Source: Thalia democratica (taxonomy: Eukaryota). From it: 64,000 nucleotides of DNA. Each line of letters opens with the position of its first letter. Positions within the stretch are counted from its first letter, which is position 1. Under the pieces are notes generated by a model that ran no database searches, was not told where the DNA came from, and worked only from the letters and a program-made list of their open reading frames with translations. The DNA lies in assembly GCA_965202585.1 (NCBI GenBank), contig OZ241826.1, forward strand, positions 87,978,001-88,042,000, written 5' to 3'. Below, piece after piece: positions 35,134 to 47,800 of the stretch. The translations under genes and the position numbers were made by a program.

Positions 35134-38057
35134 TTTTAACCAGCTGTGACAAATAAATGTTTTAGTGCTTTATATTAAATATGCTGTTATAAAGTTAACT
35201 ATCATAAAATAACAAATAATATTTTCTTAGTATTTTGGATTAAATAAATCTTGGGAATCATAATTGTACATATTTTTTACTAATATTGTTACTTTTTTTA
35301 AATTAATCAATTTAAAGTTCTTGAATTAAATGCCTATTTCAATATTTTGTTTTTAATTTCATTTTACTTCCATTTATTTGTTCATTTTTTTTTTCAGATT
35401 TGTTAACAACAACTGAGCATCTCCTATATGCAAATAAAGGAGTAAAACATTGTTTTTTTAGTAATAAGGTATTAAAATAAATATTAAACTGTTTTTTTAC
35501 TTAATACTTAATAAAAATTCATTAGTTAGTTAGATAGATGTTTTTCCTACTTTTTAAACAACTTACAAATGTATACTTTGCTTTTAACTATTCTAACTCT
35601 TAAGTTGAAATAATCATAATTTAGCTGAGTTAATAATAATCAGAATTGCCACTCTTTGAGGCAAAATAGTCAGCCTGTGTTACCTGAGACTAATTAGAGT
35701 TTATAATGAAATAGAAACAAAACTTTTTTGTTAGTAAATTTTTGAATAAAAATAATACTAATTATGTTTAAATACAAAAAGATACCTAAATAATTACAGA
35801 AGAACTTTAAAAATCAATATTTGTAAGAAATAATTAAGGCATAAAAACTAGTATGAGATACTTAAAAATCAACACTAGCATGAGATTTCAAAAAAAGTTC
35901 ATACTAGCCTAAGAGTGCCACACACAGTATGTATCTGAAACTTTTTTTAACTCGATATATCTTAAAAGTTAATTGAAACTGTTTTTGGTTGTATAAAATA
36001 TCTTACTATAGACTTTATGGATGATACTATAAAAAAAATAATCTACTGAGGTTAAATTTCTACATTATACAAACAAATTTTAAAACTGAAACATTAATTT
36101 TTAGCACAATCATTTTATCTAAAGTCCACCACAAAAATTAATGTACATTTTCATTGACTATTTGAATGCTTTAAAAGACAAAATTTTATTTTTTGCTCAT
36201 ATATTGTAGGATATGGGAAATGTGAGCTGAAAACTTTTTTAATGAAGCAAATCCATCAAGTTTTTTTAATGAATATTTTATTAAAACTGTTCTTAATGAT
36301 TCCTTTTTGTAACAATTAGATGATTAAGATCAATTATTACCATTTTAATATACTTAACACACAAAACTTATTTTTAAATTTTTTAGGATTGTTTTACATA
36401 ATACTTTGTTAATTTTTTTTAGTGAATAAAAGACATTGTTTAGATTTTGATTTAAACACAGCTGTTTTTAGAAAAATTTGTACACTTCTAAGCTTAAGCT
36501 ATAAAATCATAACTTCTAGAATTCTTGAAAAACATGATTTATCAAAACCAAAATTGAAACAAAAATATTTATCAAATAACAGAAGAACTTATTTAAGAAA
36601 TCAAAGAAGAGCTAAATAGAGTAAATAAAGTGTTAAATATTAAAAAGAAATCATTATATAACTGTTAAGTTCTAAAATAATACGTAAAATGTTTTTTACT
36701 AGTCTAAAGCCATTTAGCTAATTCTTGAATAATTAATAAGTATACAGTTAAAATATTTAGTTGTTACAAAAGGAGAGTCTTTAAAGATATTTTTAATAAG
36801 GGTTAGCTTATAAAACTTGACTAACTTAATAACACATGTTAACCAACTTTATTATTTTAATGGTTAACACAGTTATGCACATTTGTAGGCTACTTTGTAT
36901 ATGGCTACTATACAAACAGTCCTAGACTTGAAAAATGTGTGGCATAATTAAATTAAATTTTGCAGATAGGATGTTTCAAGAAATCTTATTTACCCATTTC
37001 ATTAAGACTCAATCTATTGTTTTTTTTTTAGGTAAATAGTGACCAGCAAAAATGTGCAAAAATTAAGTCAAAGAGACATTTCTAAAAATTAAAAAAAAAA
37101 TTAAACAATATTTTTGTTTTTGAAAAAATGATAAACTTATGTTTGAATAAATAGTAACTTGAAATTTAATCAAGTCATTTAGAAATTCATTATAACATTC
37201 AAATATATAAAATATAATACAAAAATTAAACTAAAAAGAAAACTTTTTGATAAAAGTCTTTAAGTATTTTAAGACTTTAGTCACAATTTATTATTTTATT
37301 TCTAAGATATTTTAATTTTCTATGGTAGAAAACCATCAGATTTACTTCACCCTCTATTTTGCTTCTTAACATTAAATTGAACACTTTGTAAATTAAAAAA
37401 ATTGTATTTTCAGTGTAATTAAGGATTTGGCAATGTTTCATAAATAACTTACTAAGCTAATTATTTTACTGAATATATTTCGTCTTATTTTCGTTAAACA
37501 ATATAAAAAAGTTTAAATAAGTATAAATTAACATTTAAATACATTATTTAATTTTCTACCTGAAAAAATGAAAAATATATATAACTAATTGAAATTTTAA
37601 AACATACTAAAAATTGCTTTTTAATACTGATGATTTTTTTTATAAAACTTATGAGCATGAGCATTTTTTAAATATTTCCAAATTTAATTTATTTGAAGAG
37701 CAGTGTTCCTTTAGAAACTTTTATAATGTTTTAACTTGTCACATTTTAAATTTATTATTTTAAACCTTACAATACAACTTGTAGTTACAAGCATTGTTAC
37801 TACAGTTTATAAACTTTGATAAATTATTTTTCAAAATGTTTTTTTTTACAACGGGACTCCCCTTTACTTTTATGTGACGCCCCTTGAGGCCGTTCTGCTA
37901 TAAAAGTCAAAATTTAGGTTAAAAGAGGTTTATGCTAAGCTAACAGCTATTGTGGAAAATAGCTCATTTTTTAACAAATTTTCCGCGTTTCAGCTACATT
38001 TGGCATCTATGAGTACGATACATTAACTACAAACCTATTATAATAAATTATCTATTG

Positions 38058-38213
38058 CAGTGCTTCTGAACCTTTTTCTAGTGGCGGAATCCTTTTCCAA
38101 AGTTCAACTTTTCAGCAGAACCCCTAATTTAAATTTTACGTAAAATATTTATTTAAACAAATGTTCTTTTTAAATTTCGAAAGGCTTCGCGGAACCCCAT
38201 TTCAGAAGCATTG
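38058..38213. mobile_element. hAT-type MITE, 156 bp
   Basis: TIRs CAGTGCTTCTGAA / TTCAGAAGCATTG; 8-bp TSD ATCTATTG / ATCTGTTG (one mismatch). Confidence 0.85.
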
Positions 38214-39846
38214 ATCTGTTGTATATACACACATTCACATACTTTATCTTATAATTTTTTATAACAGTATTTATTTTTTACAGAACTTTATTGGAGTGTT
38301 TTACTCGCTTAACATACGTTGGTTCAATAAAGAAAGAAAATTGTGATTTTTTTTTATGTAGTTTATAAACTTATCAATAAATTTAATATTTACTTTTATT
38401 TTTTATTTTGCTATTTACAATAAACTTATTTATAAACAGGCACAGTGAATACCGCAAAAATAATTATCTCTTTATACTTAGATCTGAAAATAAATATTTA
38501 CTTAGCTTTATTTATTATTTAACATATGTTTAGAATATGTATGTACATATAATTTATTAAGAAAAGTAGATTTATAAAAAAAAAAGAACATACATTTCAT
38601 AAAGCTAAATGCTTTAAAATTCAGCTAGTACGGTTTAAAATAAATAGTACTTTGCTAAATAATATTACAAAAGTTATACAAATAAAAAAACAACGAACAG
38701 TATGACGTAATTTTTAAATATTGTACAGTATAAATATTCAAAAAAAATTTAATTTGGTATCCGAACAAACAAGTAAAATTCACAAAACTTTAATTAAGTG
38801 AATATGACTTTAAAAATTGTTGTATTTTAAGAGGAGCTTTTTCATATGTCGAAAAGACGATATAAATTCACTCCACTTATTTAAGCAACCTTCTATTTCA
38901 AGGCATACACAATGGCCGTTGACTCTTTTAAGCAAAGCCTAAAAACAGGGTTATTACCATCTGTTATTGACTGTGCTCTTTTAATCACGTCTAATGTTAT
39001 TCTAAAATTTGTGTTTAGTTTTTGCATTTACAAATTTATAAAGTATATAATAAGTAAAACTTTATTTAAACGATATTATTAAGTACTAATTTATTTTTGT
39101 TACTTAAAAACAACCTAAAAGAATAAATAGAATTAGGTTTTACAATCAATCTTTATAAATTTGAAGTAGTTTAAATTTTTTAATAATAATAAATTTATTG
39201 CAAGTTTTAGTTGTTTTAGTTTTATAGTAGTATTTTTAACTCCTAAAGATTGCAAACCATAGATTCACCAAGCAATCAATACTTTCCAGTAAGAAAGAGA
39301 CACAGTTAACGAGTACGTAATTGTATTTTGATAAACATAATCAAAACAAAACAAAATAAACTATTCAAACACATAGAAAATTGAAATTTTTCAAAATATA
39401 CGTAACAGTTGTTTTATTTTTTTTTAAATCTTATTTGTAGGAAAGAATTATGGTTTTTATTTTACATTTATTAAAACGTTTTTTTTGGAAATACCTACTT
39501 AGTTGTTTTAATAATTATCAATTTGTATTATTTATATCAAAATTTTTTTTTTTGATAATAGAAAAATAATTTGGAAACACTAAATAAATAGCAATTTTTT
39601 TTTTAACTTTATTCTGAATCTATATCTTACTGCGACAATATTTGTTTTTTATTTTTTTTGTGACAACAACTTTACTACTCTATATAAAATTGTTTAAAAA
39701 AAAAAATTAAGTACTTTATTTTGTAGTACCTACGTCTGTTATTTAAAAAAAAATGTTTAAAAAGCTTTTAGCAATGTTTTACTTTTAAAAGGAAACGAAA
39801 ACTAAATTTTTCGCTTTGCTATATTCGTTTGACTAAGCAAAAACGC

Positions 39847-39964
39847 GGGGATTTCCCATATTCTACTGGCAAAATAGCCAGCAACTTTTTCTTGTTTACA
39901 CGTTCGTTTTCCTTATATGGTGTTGCGGCTGCACTTCCCTGTTCGTTTCAAATGCCGGGTGCAG
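39847..39964 (+). promoter_or_regulatory. CpG-rich promoter with an NF-kB/Rel-like site and a TCT/5'TOP-like start
   Basis: GGGGATTTCCC at 39847-39857 fits kB consensus GGGRNWYYCC; pyrimidine start CTTCCCT at 39934-39940; CpG density far above flanks. Confidence 0.5.
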
Positions 39965-41260
39965 TGAAGCGTTTCGAAATCACAGAATGAAATATTTTGT
40001 GCCATTTGTAGCAGATGGGTGTTGATACTGAGATATTTGTATATTTAGAATGAGTGTGACACACATGGAATCAAGTGAGAAATTGATCTCACAGTGGTTT
40101 GCTGAGTTGTATATAAGTTGTGTTGATGAAATAGAAAAATTATAGTGTGGTAATTAGTGTTACTGGTTGAGTTAGTTGATATTATATTTTTAATTAATTG
40201 ACATAATGGTTATAAATTTATAGTTGAAAATAAAAGTAATTCTTTTTTAATCTAATCTAACAAGTTTCAGTCTAAATAAGTTGATACTTTAAACTCAATA
40301 TGGTTGTGTTATGTTGTTTTTTATCTTGACTTACATTTTTTAAAGATATGTTTGGTAATCTAAGTTTCCATTGAATGAAATTTTGTTTATATCATGACTC
40401 ATTAATAGGTCAGTGTTTGTGTTTTTAATTAACAATCAAATTTTGTCATGCATGACAACACCCTGTGACTTGTAGCAACAACATTTACTACACCCACTCA
40501 ATGTTTATTATGATGTAATTTGCTTGTTTGGCACAGTTTTAAAATTGAATAAAAAGTGGGTTTGGTTTCTGTTGATACCAATAATAAACATTGTTTTATT
40601 TGTTTATACTCCAATGGTTTTCTCTGTTTTTATATTCTGAAATTCAACTCCAAGCACCAAGATACATGTACTGACAGAAAAATAATTTTCAAATACTTAC
40701 TTTATTCAAGAAATTGTATTAATTCACAAGTTGAATATTTTGAAACTAGTCGTTGTAATATTACTTTTTAAAGTACATGTAGCTAATGCAAAGTTAAGTT
40801 TTGAATAAAATTGTTGTGATCAAATGGTAACATCTGATGAAAGAAAATTTTAATGTTATCAAAGAATTCTTGACACAAAAATTGCAGTAAGTCTTAATTT
40901 TATGTTTTGTTGAAAAAATCATTAAACAATTAGTAAAGTTTTTATATTGGTATTTGATTCTTGTTTTAGCCATTTATGGATAGTAGTGTTGAGTCTACAT
41001 TGTGTTGGTTAACTGAATGCAAAACCTGTTTACTAATTGACTAAACTTGTGTAGAGTTTAGCCTGAGGGTAAATTTTCTGCATCAGCAAGTTTTACTTGT
41101 TGTTTTTGGAAGTTGTAATTCCCATGCAACAGTTGAACTTCAATACTTACAAAACAAACATTTTGTTTTTCACAACAGATGTTAATTTCTGCAAGTTGTT
41201 GCTTGTTTGTATGTGAAGTTTATTTCTCTTGGATGGTCTTAATAATAATTTAAAACTCTA
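39934..41260 (+). ncRNA. Candidate spliced non-coding transcript (or multi-exon 5' leader of the cofilin gene)
   Basis: Donor GTAAGT 40887, acceptor 40968-40969, donor GTAAAT 41069, acceptor 41177-41178 (introns 83 and 110 nt); the 99-nt middle exon has stops in all three frames. Confidence 0.35.
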
Positions 41261-42063
41261 GTACTTTCTATGTTTTAGTGTGAAATGGTATACTTTGATG
41301 ATTAATATGTTTATAATATATCATGTTTAATTGTTAAAACTTAAAAGTTTGTAGTTCACCTTAAAGCTCACCAAAGGATGACTTATGTTTTTATTTTTAA
41401 TTTTCACAAAACTTATAGTTTATAAAATCAAAATCAAGCTGGTTTTTCATTAATCTAGATCTAAGTTAAATTAAAACTTTTCAATTTAAGCTTTTTTTTA
41501 ATTAAAGTTGTGTTTTAAGTTTCAATTTTTTAAGTTTAAGGTATCTACTTTAATTCCAGGTAATTATTTTTTATACTTGAAATTTTATTGAAAATTATTA
41601 AACCCACGTGGTGGTCAGGGTGTGTGGCCTGATGGCTTTGAAAACTCTCTGATTTGAGAATATCAATAATTGAAGTAGTCAATACAAAAGAGTGGCCGTT
41701 TGACATGGAATCCTGCAATAACCGATTTTCCACACTATCAGTATACTCAGGATAACTCAAGGACAGTTTAAAATTTATGAAGTTATCAGGGTAACCTGGG
41801 CCAAATTGTATTTAAAAAAACTTGGGATAGTTTAATATTCTCATTGATTTTTTTTTTAAACTTGAATAAGATTTAGTTGTTCAAGTGTCAATATTTTGAT
41901 ATTTAAAGCTAATTTTGTTCAAAATTAGATTTTTATTGATTTTGAAAATCTTATGTAAGAATTTTTAATTAATTTAAAGTGTTTCAATGGATTTTACAAT
42001 ACTTGGGTTGAATCAGGACAGTATAGGTCAATAAATATAGTTTTGTTATAATAGAGTGTAAAC

Positions 42064-42322
42064 CAGGGTTTCCCACCCCCTGGGGGCGGTATTAGTAAGT
42101 CGGGGGGCAATAACTAGTAATGGGACCAAGGGGGGCAGTTTTAAAATTTTGGGCAGTCATAAATTGAAACTACCACTAGACATCCTTGAGTTGCAGATGA
42201 AGAGCAAAAAAATGTCTTAGTTGTTTTTAAATGGTATATTTTTGAGTAGTCTTGTCGGAGGGGGCAATAACCTTTCTAGTTTCTTTAAAGAGGGCCATTT
42301 GAAAAAAGTTTGGGAAACACTG
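42064..42322. mobile_element. hAT-type MITE (same family as 19830-20149, opposite orientation)
   Basis: CAGGGTTTCCC / GGGAAACACTG termini; TGTAAAC on both flanks; shared internal ggggggcaataactagtaa motif. Confidence 0.85.
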
Positions 42323-42819
42323 TGTAAACCCTAATTAACATCAACTTAAAATTCTTTTTTAAAAAACAAACCTAGAAGTTGGTTAATAAAAAGAACTTTG
42401 ATAAATTCTTAAAAGTCTTACATTTTGAACATTTTTTCAAAAGTGGTTTTACCAAATTAAAAACAGTTGATACAGTATAATAACTAGCAACTATTATGAA
42501 ATACTAAGTAATTTATAAAGAATAAATATTTACTTCTTGTTTTATATTCTTAGTACTTATTTTATACGTTTAATTTTTTTTTTCTAAGTTAAAAATGTGG
42601 AAATAAAATATATATTTGACTGAAAATTATTTATCTGAAAAACTTTTAGAAAAAGGATCAAGAAGGGTGGCCAAAAAACCTGGAATTTAAAAATTTACGC
42701 TAGAATAATGTGGAACTTAAGAAATTTTGAGAAAAGCCTGAAAAAACTAGTATTTTAAACAATTTTTACATCATAAGTAATAAAATTTTGATTTGATACA
42801 AAAAATCTATCATATAGAT

Positions 42820-43032
42820 CAGGGGTCGGCAGATCAAAAAGGAACATTTTTTAATGTGCTTTAAAAAACATATTTAAAGACAATTTTTTTGAACAAAAAA
42901 AACTTAAGTGATAGAATATCCTTTAAATATAACACTAAAATTTTACTTTTGTGTTTTCAAAAATATTAGTATATTACTCTAGTTGAGTAAAAATTTTTAT
43001 GTGGCCTGCGGGCCGCAGTTTGCCAACCCCTG
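42820..43032. mobile_element. hAT-type MITE, 213 bp
   Basis: CAGGGGTCGGCA / TGCCAACCCCTG TIRs with perfect 8-bp TSD ATATAGAT; appears inserted into an older repeat starting near 42660. Confidence 0.9.
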
Positions 43033-44823
43033 ATATAGATGAAAAATTTTGTTATCCTCGAAATTTCTCTTTTGTAAAAAACACATTTAAAGTAATTTTA
43101 TAATATCTTTTTTGTATTCTTTTAATACCTAACATAGTTTTTAATCTCAAACTTTACTACAAATTTTATAGACCAAAAAGCATGTACTTTTGAAAACTTA
43201 CAAAAATTCAAAAAGTCAAGAAGAAGTTTCTTAAAAACCAATGGTCAATTGAGCACATCAACTTTGATTGCTTATATCTATAAGTTACTTTGAATTTTTC
43301 AAACGATTAAAAGTGCCTAATAGCTCAGATAAAACTTTACAAAATAAGACCAAAGTGAACTCCCCCATACCCTTAACTTCGATTTTTTGCTTTTTTGAAT
43401 ACTTCTACATTGTTTGTCAACTAGTTTGCAAACCAGTTTTGTGTTTAAGATTGATAAAAATTAAATTAGTGGTACATTTCCTTATATAAAAATGATAAGA
43501 TAAAAATTATACAAAATTTCTAATATCATTAAAAGTTAAACATTCTTTTATTGCATTACAACAATAGTATACACAGGAATAGTTTTAAGCTTTTTATCTT
43601 ATAATGTGCTTAGTTTTATAGAAAGCTAGATTTTAGAATAAATTTAGGCCTAATGTGTAAAGCTCTAGGTTTAAGGATTAGTGAAGTAATCATCAGTTCA
43701 ACCAACCAAATATAGTAAATGTTTAAAACCTATTATTAAACACTTTTTGTAATGCATGCCCAAAAATAGAATCTTTTATTCATAAAATTAAAATCTATAT
43801 AAAGGTCGATTGAGAAAGTATGTCTTTATTTATGATATTGTGGATTGAAAGCAAATTTGTTGTATTGATAAGCAGCTAAAAGTAAATAAGGAATTGCCTA
43901 AAAACTGTTTTTTTTGTAATTTATTTAACAATATGTTTACTAATTTGTTGTTTTATTCCTTTAAACATTGTTTAACTTTTTATTAACTAATTTGTAAATT
44001 TGTTATATAATTTATAACTGTTAATCTAATTTGTATAAATTTGTTTTATACTATATTAATTTGTATATACCAGCTTTGTATTAGCTTTCATTTCTAAAAT
44101 TATTATTTTGTTAGTTAAGTATTAAAAATTAGCTGGTGTTCATCAAATTATCTTAAATTATCTAATTATTTTAATCCTATTATTTTGTCCTCATCAATAA
44201 TTATCTTATTACCAAGTGGATTAAACCAAATTATTGCTGAAATAAGTAACAAATTACTTAAAATTAGCAATAAAACAATTTCAAATTTTCCATTTGAACC
44301 AATTAAACATTGAAAACGTGTCATCTTTGTAAGATGAGTTATATATATATATAAGTTGGTGAATATTAACATAGTAGTGCTACGTTGTCAGTGAAATGTT
44401 AAGACTGTATTGTATTAACTTTTTGATTGAAAATTAAAACAATTTGTATATGCATGCTTAGCAACAGGTCTTAGATTTTGTATTTTTTGCTAGTAAGACA
44501 AAGTGGCAACTATTAAAAAGTAAAGTTATATAAGTTTACTTTGTTCAGTATTTATTTCAAAACTAAGATTTATCAAAAGTATTTATTTGAATATTTGTTA
44601 TGCATAGTTGAAAATAATACCTTAACCTATAAATATTACTTGGATATAAATTAAATATATTTGAAAAAACAAATTTACTAGGTACCTTGCTGAAATAATG
44701 ACCACCAATACTTGGTATTATAAATAATTAAATGTTGTAATTAACAGTTTATTGCATTTTTATATGATGAAATAAAAACTTTCAGTGTTTCTTTTTAGTA
44801 GTAATAACAAACAAACAATCAAA

Positions 44824-47800
44824 ATGGTTTCCTCCGGCATGAAAGTCCCCGCTGAGATCGAAGAGCTCGGAAACGCAGTTCTTGCTGGCAAAAGCTACTC
44901 TGCAGGTATAATTGTTTAAAATATATTAAAATTTGTTTAGACAAAAGGTGGCAAACTATGGCCTACAGACCGCATTTTTTTTCAACTGGTCAACTATATT
45001 GATATTCTCAAAAAACTAAAATTAAGTTTTAGTGTTATCTTTAAAGAATAATATATCGCCTAGAAATAATTATCTTCAAATATGTTATTTTTAGCACATA
45101 AAAAGTGTTTCTTTTTTGACCTGCTTACCCTGGTTTAGACAAAACAGTAGTAGTATTAAAATTTTGAAATATTTTTGTTATTTTTTTTAACCAAAAAAAA
45201 TCAAATTTTTGAAATATCTTAAAGTTAAGCAAAATGTCAGAGCCACTCTACCAGCAAATATCTACTCAACAAACTGCCAATAAAAATTTATTTATTGGTT
45301 CCTTGGTTTTGTGAATATATGCTAATTTAAAGATGGATGTAACCCAATACAGTTTCAAATATTGGGCTTAAGTATAGTTAAATTTGTTCTTTTTTCAGTA
45401 ACCTGCTTTAAGAATTTTGATAAAACTTAATTATTGCTTTAAATATATTTTTTAACTCATAGTTGAGTTTTTAAGTTTATTAATTAATATTAAAACTAAA
45501 ACTTTTGTTGTGATTGTATGCAAAAAAAAAGTTTCTATGTTTATAGCTTTTATTTTTACCATGTAAAGAAAATATGACAATGTTCAGTAATAGTAATAAT
45601 CTACTTATAAAAGTCGGAATAGTAATGTAGTGAAAATTTAAAGTCCTAAACCAATAAAATGACAGTTTAGTGCATAGGACTCAAAATTTTCTTTAAAAGA
45701 ACCTTCTTTAGAATAAAGTTTTGTCAGTTTTTATACTGTTTAAAATGTAGAAACATTAATATCTGGCAATGCATTTCAACAAGTTTTCAACCATTTTAAA
45801 AATAGGAAAAAACAATCAGTCTTGTTCTAAGTAGCAAGCTTGTTTTAAATGGAAGCTTGAAGTGAATTTAATTAATTCTTTATTAAATTGTAACACATAT
45901 GTGAATGAGTGCATAATTATGTATGTTTTTGTTATTTAATTTTAACAAACTGACAACAGTCTTGATCGATTTGGACCCGAACTCCAACGTTCTCTCAGTG
46001 AAGAAAACCATCAGCAAGAAGGCCAAGCATCCGTACAGACAATGTCTCAAACACTTTTCTGATGACAGGGCAACGTTAGTTTGTTACCAATGTAATGTTT
46101 AATTTGAAAGTTTTTTTTTGTAACATTACTTATCACAGTACAAAAACATTTTTCCTACCCTTTGCAAGCATTTTTTTCCGGATTTACTAAATCTAAGAAA
46201 AATAAGTCATGGCATTGGCTTAAAGTTTGTTTATACATAAATAAAACTCTCAAGCACTAGATTCTAAAGGATTAAAGATTTAATGTTCACTTCCTTGAAC
46301 GTCTTGCTTATGACAGCGGGTTAAACATGAAATTTATTTTTGCAAGTACTAAGTCATTTTTAATGGTTTAAGAGCAAGATTTCCTATTATTTATTTACAG
46401 TTTAATGTGACATATCAATTTAGAAAATTATTAAAACTACTAATTTGTTTTCATTGACTTAATTATACCCAAATTTGCTGCTATTACCATTAACCGAAAA
46501 ATAATTTTTTAAATTAAAGTAAGATCATTATAAAAAAATTGTGTAAACGTATTCAAGTTCCTTTTTAACAATTGGAATATTTTATGGCCATATTAAGCTA
46601 TGTGGTGTTGTTTGCTGTTTACATCAGTTAAATATTTACTAAACATGTTTGCTTTTGTTCAGAACACGGGCATGTAAAATGACACTAGCATTGAAAAAAT
46701 TTAGCATTTATATCATAATTAAGTTTGATTGTTTATACTCGTATAAATACAAGCTCCATATTGTTTAAAATCCTTGGTATTAAAATTTATAGTCTTTTTC
46801 CTTGTGTATATTTTTGAAGTTTAAAATTTCAAATTAAATAAAACCTCTTTATTCTAGCTTTTTTTCTGATAAATTATTTATCTGTTTTCTTAACGAATGA
46901 AATTTAGCTCAGTTTTTAATATTTTAAAAGTAATGTAAACATCATAAACTTTTCATACATATGTTTCATATAAACATACTTATAAAGAAATCATTTGACA
47001 TTAAATTTTTTGCTTTAAAAAAAGCTAAAAGCTCTCATTTAAAAGCTGATAATTTTTTATATAATCAACTTAAATACCTTCCTCACAAAAAATTTTTGTT
47101 TGTTCACCAACACAATGTTATGTTCAACATTTGAAAATATTTCTAAAATTTCTTAATTTGAGGTTTAAAAAATAAATATGAAAATGAAAAAGTTTATACA
47201 ACTACCCAATTATAAACTCATAAACAAGCATTTCATCAATTTTATTTTAGTCTTAATAATCTTTATTGAATCTTTTAATAAAAGGGTATGTTATTTTTGA
47301 TTTTTTTGAGTACAACTTTGGGTACCTCCTATAATGGTTCCAAATTGTGTTTAAAGCTCACAAAAAATTTGGTTGAGTTGTCTCACTCCAAAAGCTAGCC
47401 ACCAAAGATTTGGGATTGGAGAATTGTTGAAAATTTTTTGGTCAAAATTGATGAGTCAGCAAAATTTTAAATTATTTTTGTATGTTGTTTTTAACTTTTA
47501 ACACTAAAACTTTTTTTTTTGTTATATTTTTGGTAAGGTGGGTTAGGTATAAGGGCACACATAAAACAAAACTAGGGCATACATTATAATTAAGTTTTCC
47601 TCACCATATCAAGTAAACAAAAAAGAAACCCAAATGTTATTTTTGCGTAAAAAAAAAACAATCAATCAGATAATAACATTAACACGGATACACCAGTGTG
47701 AACATCAATAATAACAACTTCACAGATAAAACAAACAGACATAATAAAATCTCACTCTTAACACCTTCATAACAAACACACATGGGCTTTCAAGCATATA

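Noticed and set aside
33893-37085. Chain of plus-strand microexon candidates (33893, 35399, 36210, 37032) that joins in frame
   Set aside because: The peptide resembles nothing I recognise, it would straddle the opposite-strand zinc-finger gene, and such chains arise easily by chance in AT-rich DNA.
39843-39862. Minus-strand GGGAAATCCCCG resembling RNase MRP CR-I
   Set aside because: No CR-V or P4 partner sequence found; a kB-like promoter site explains it more simply.
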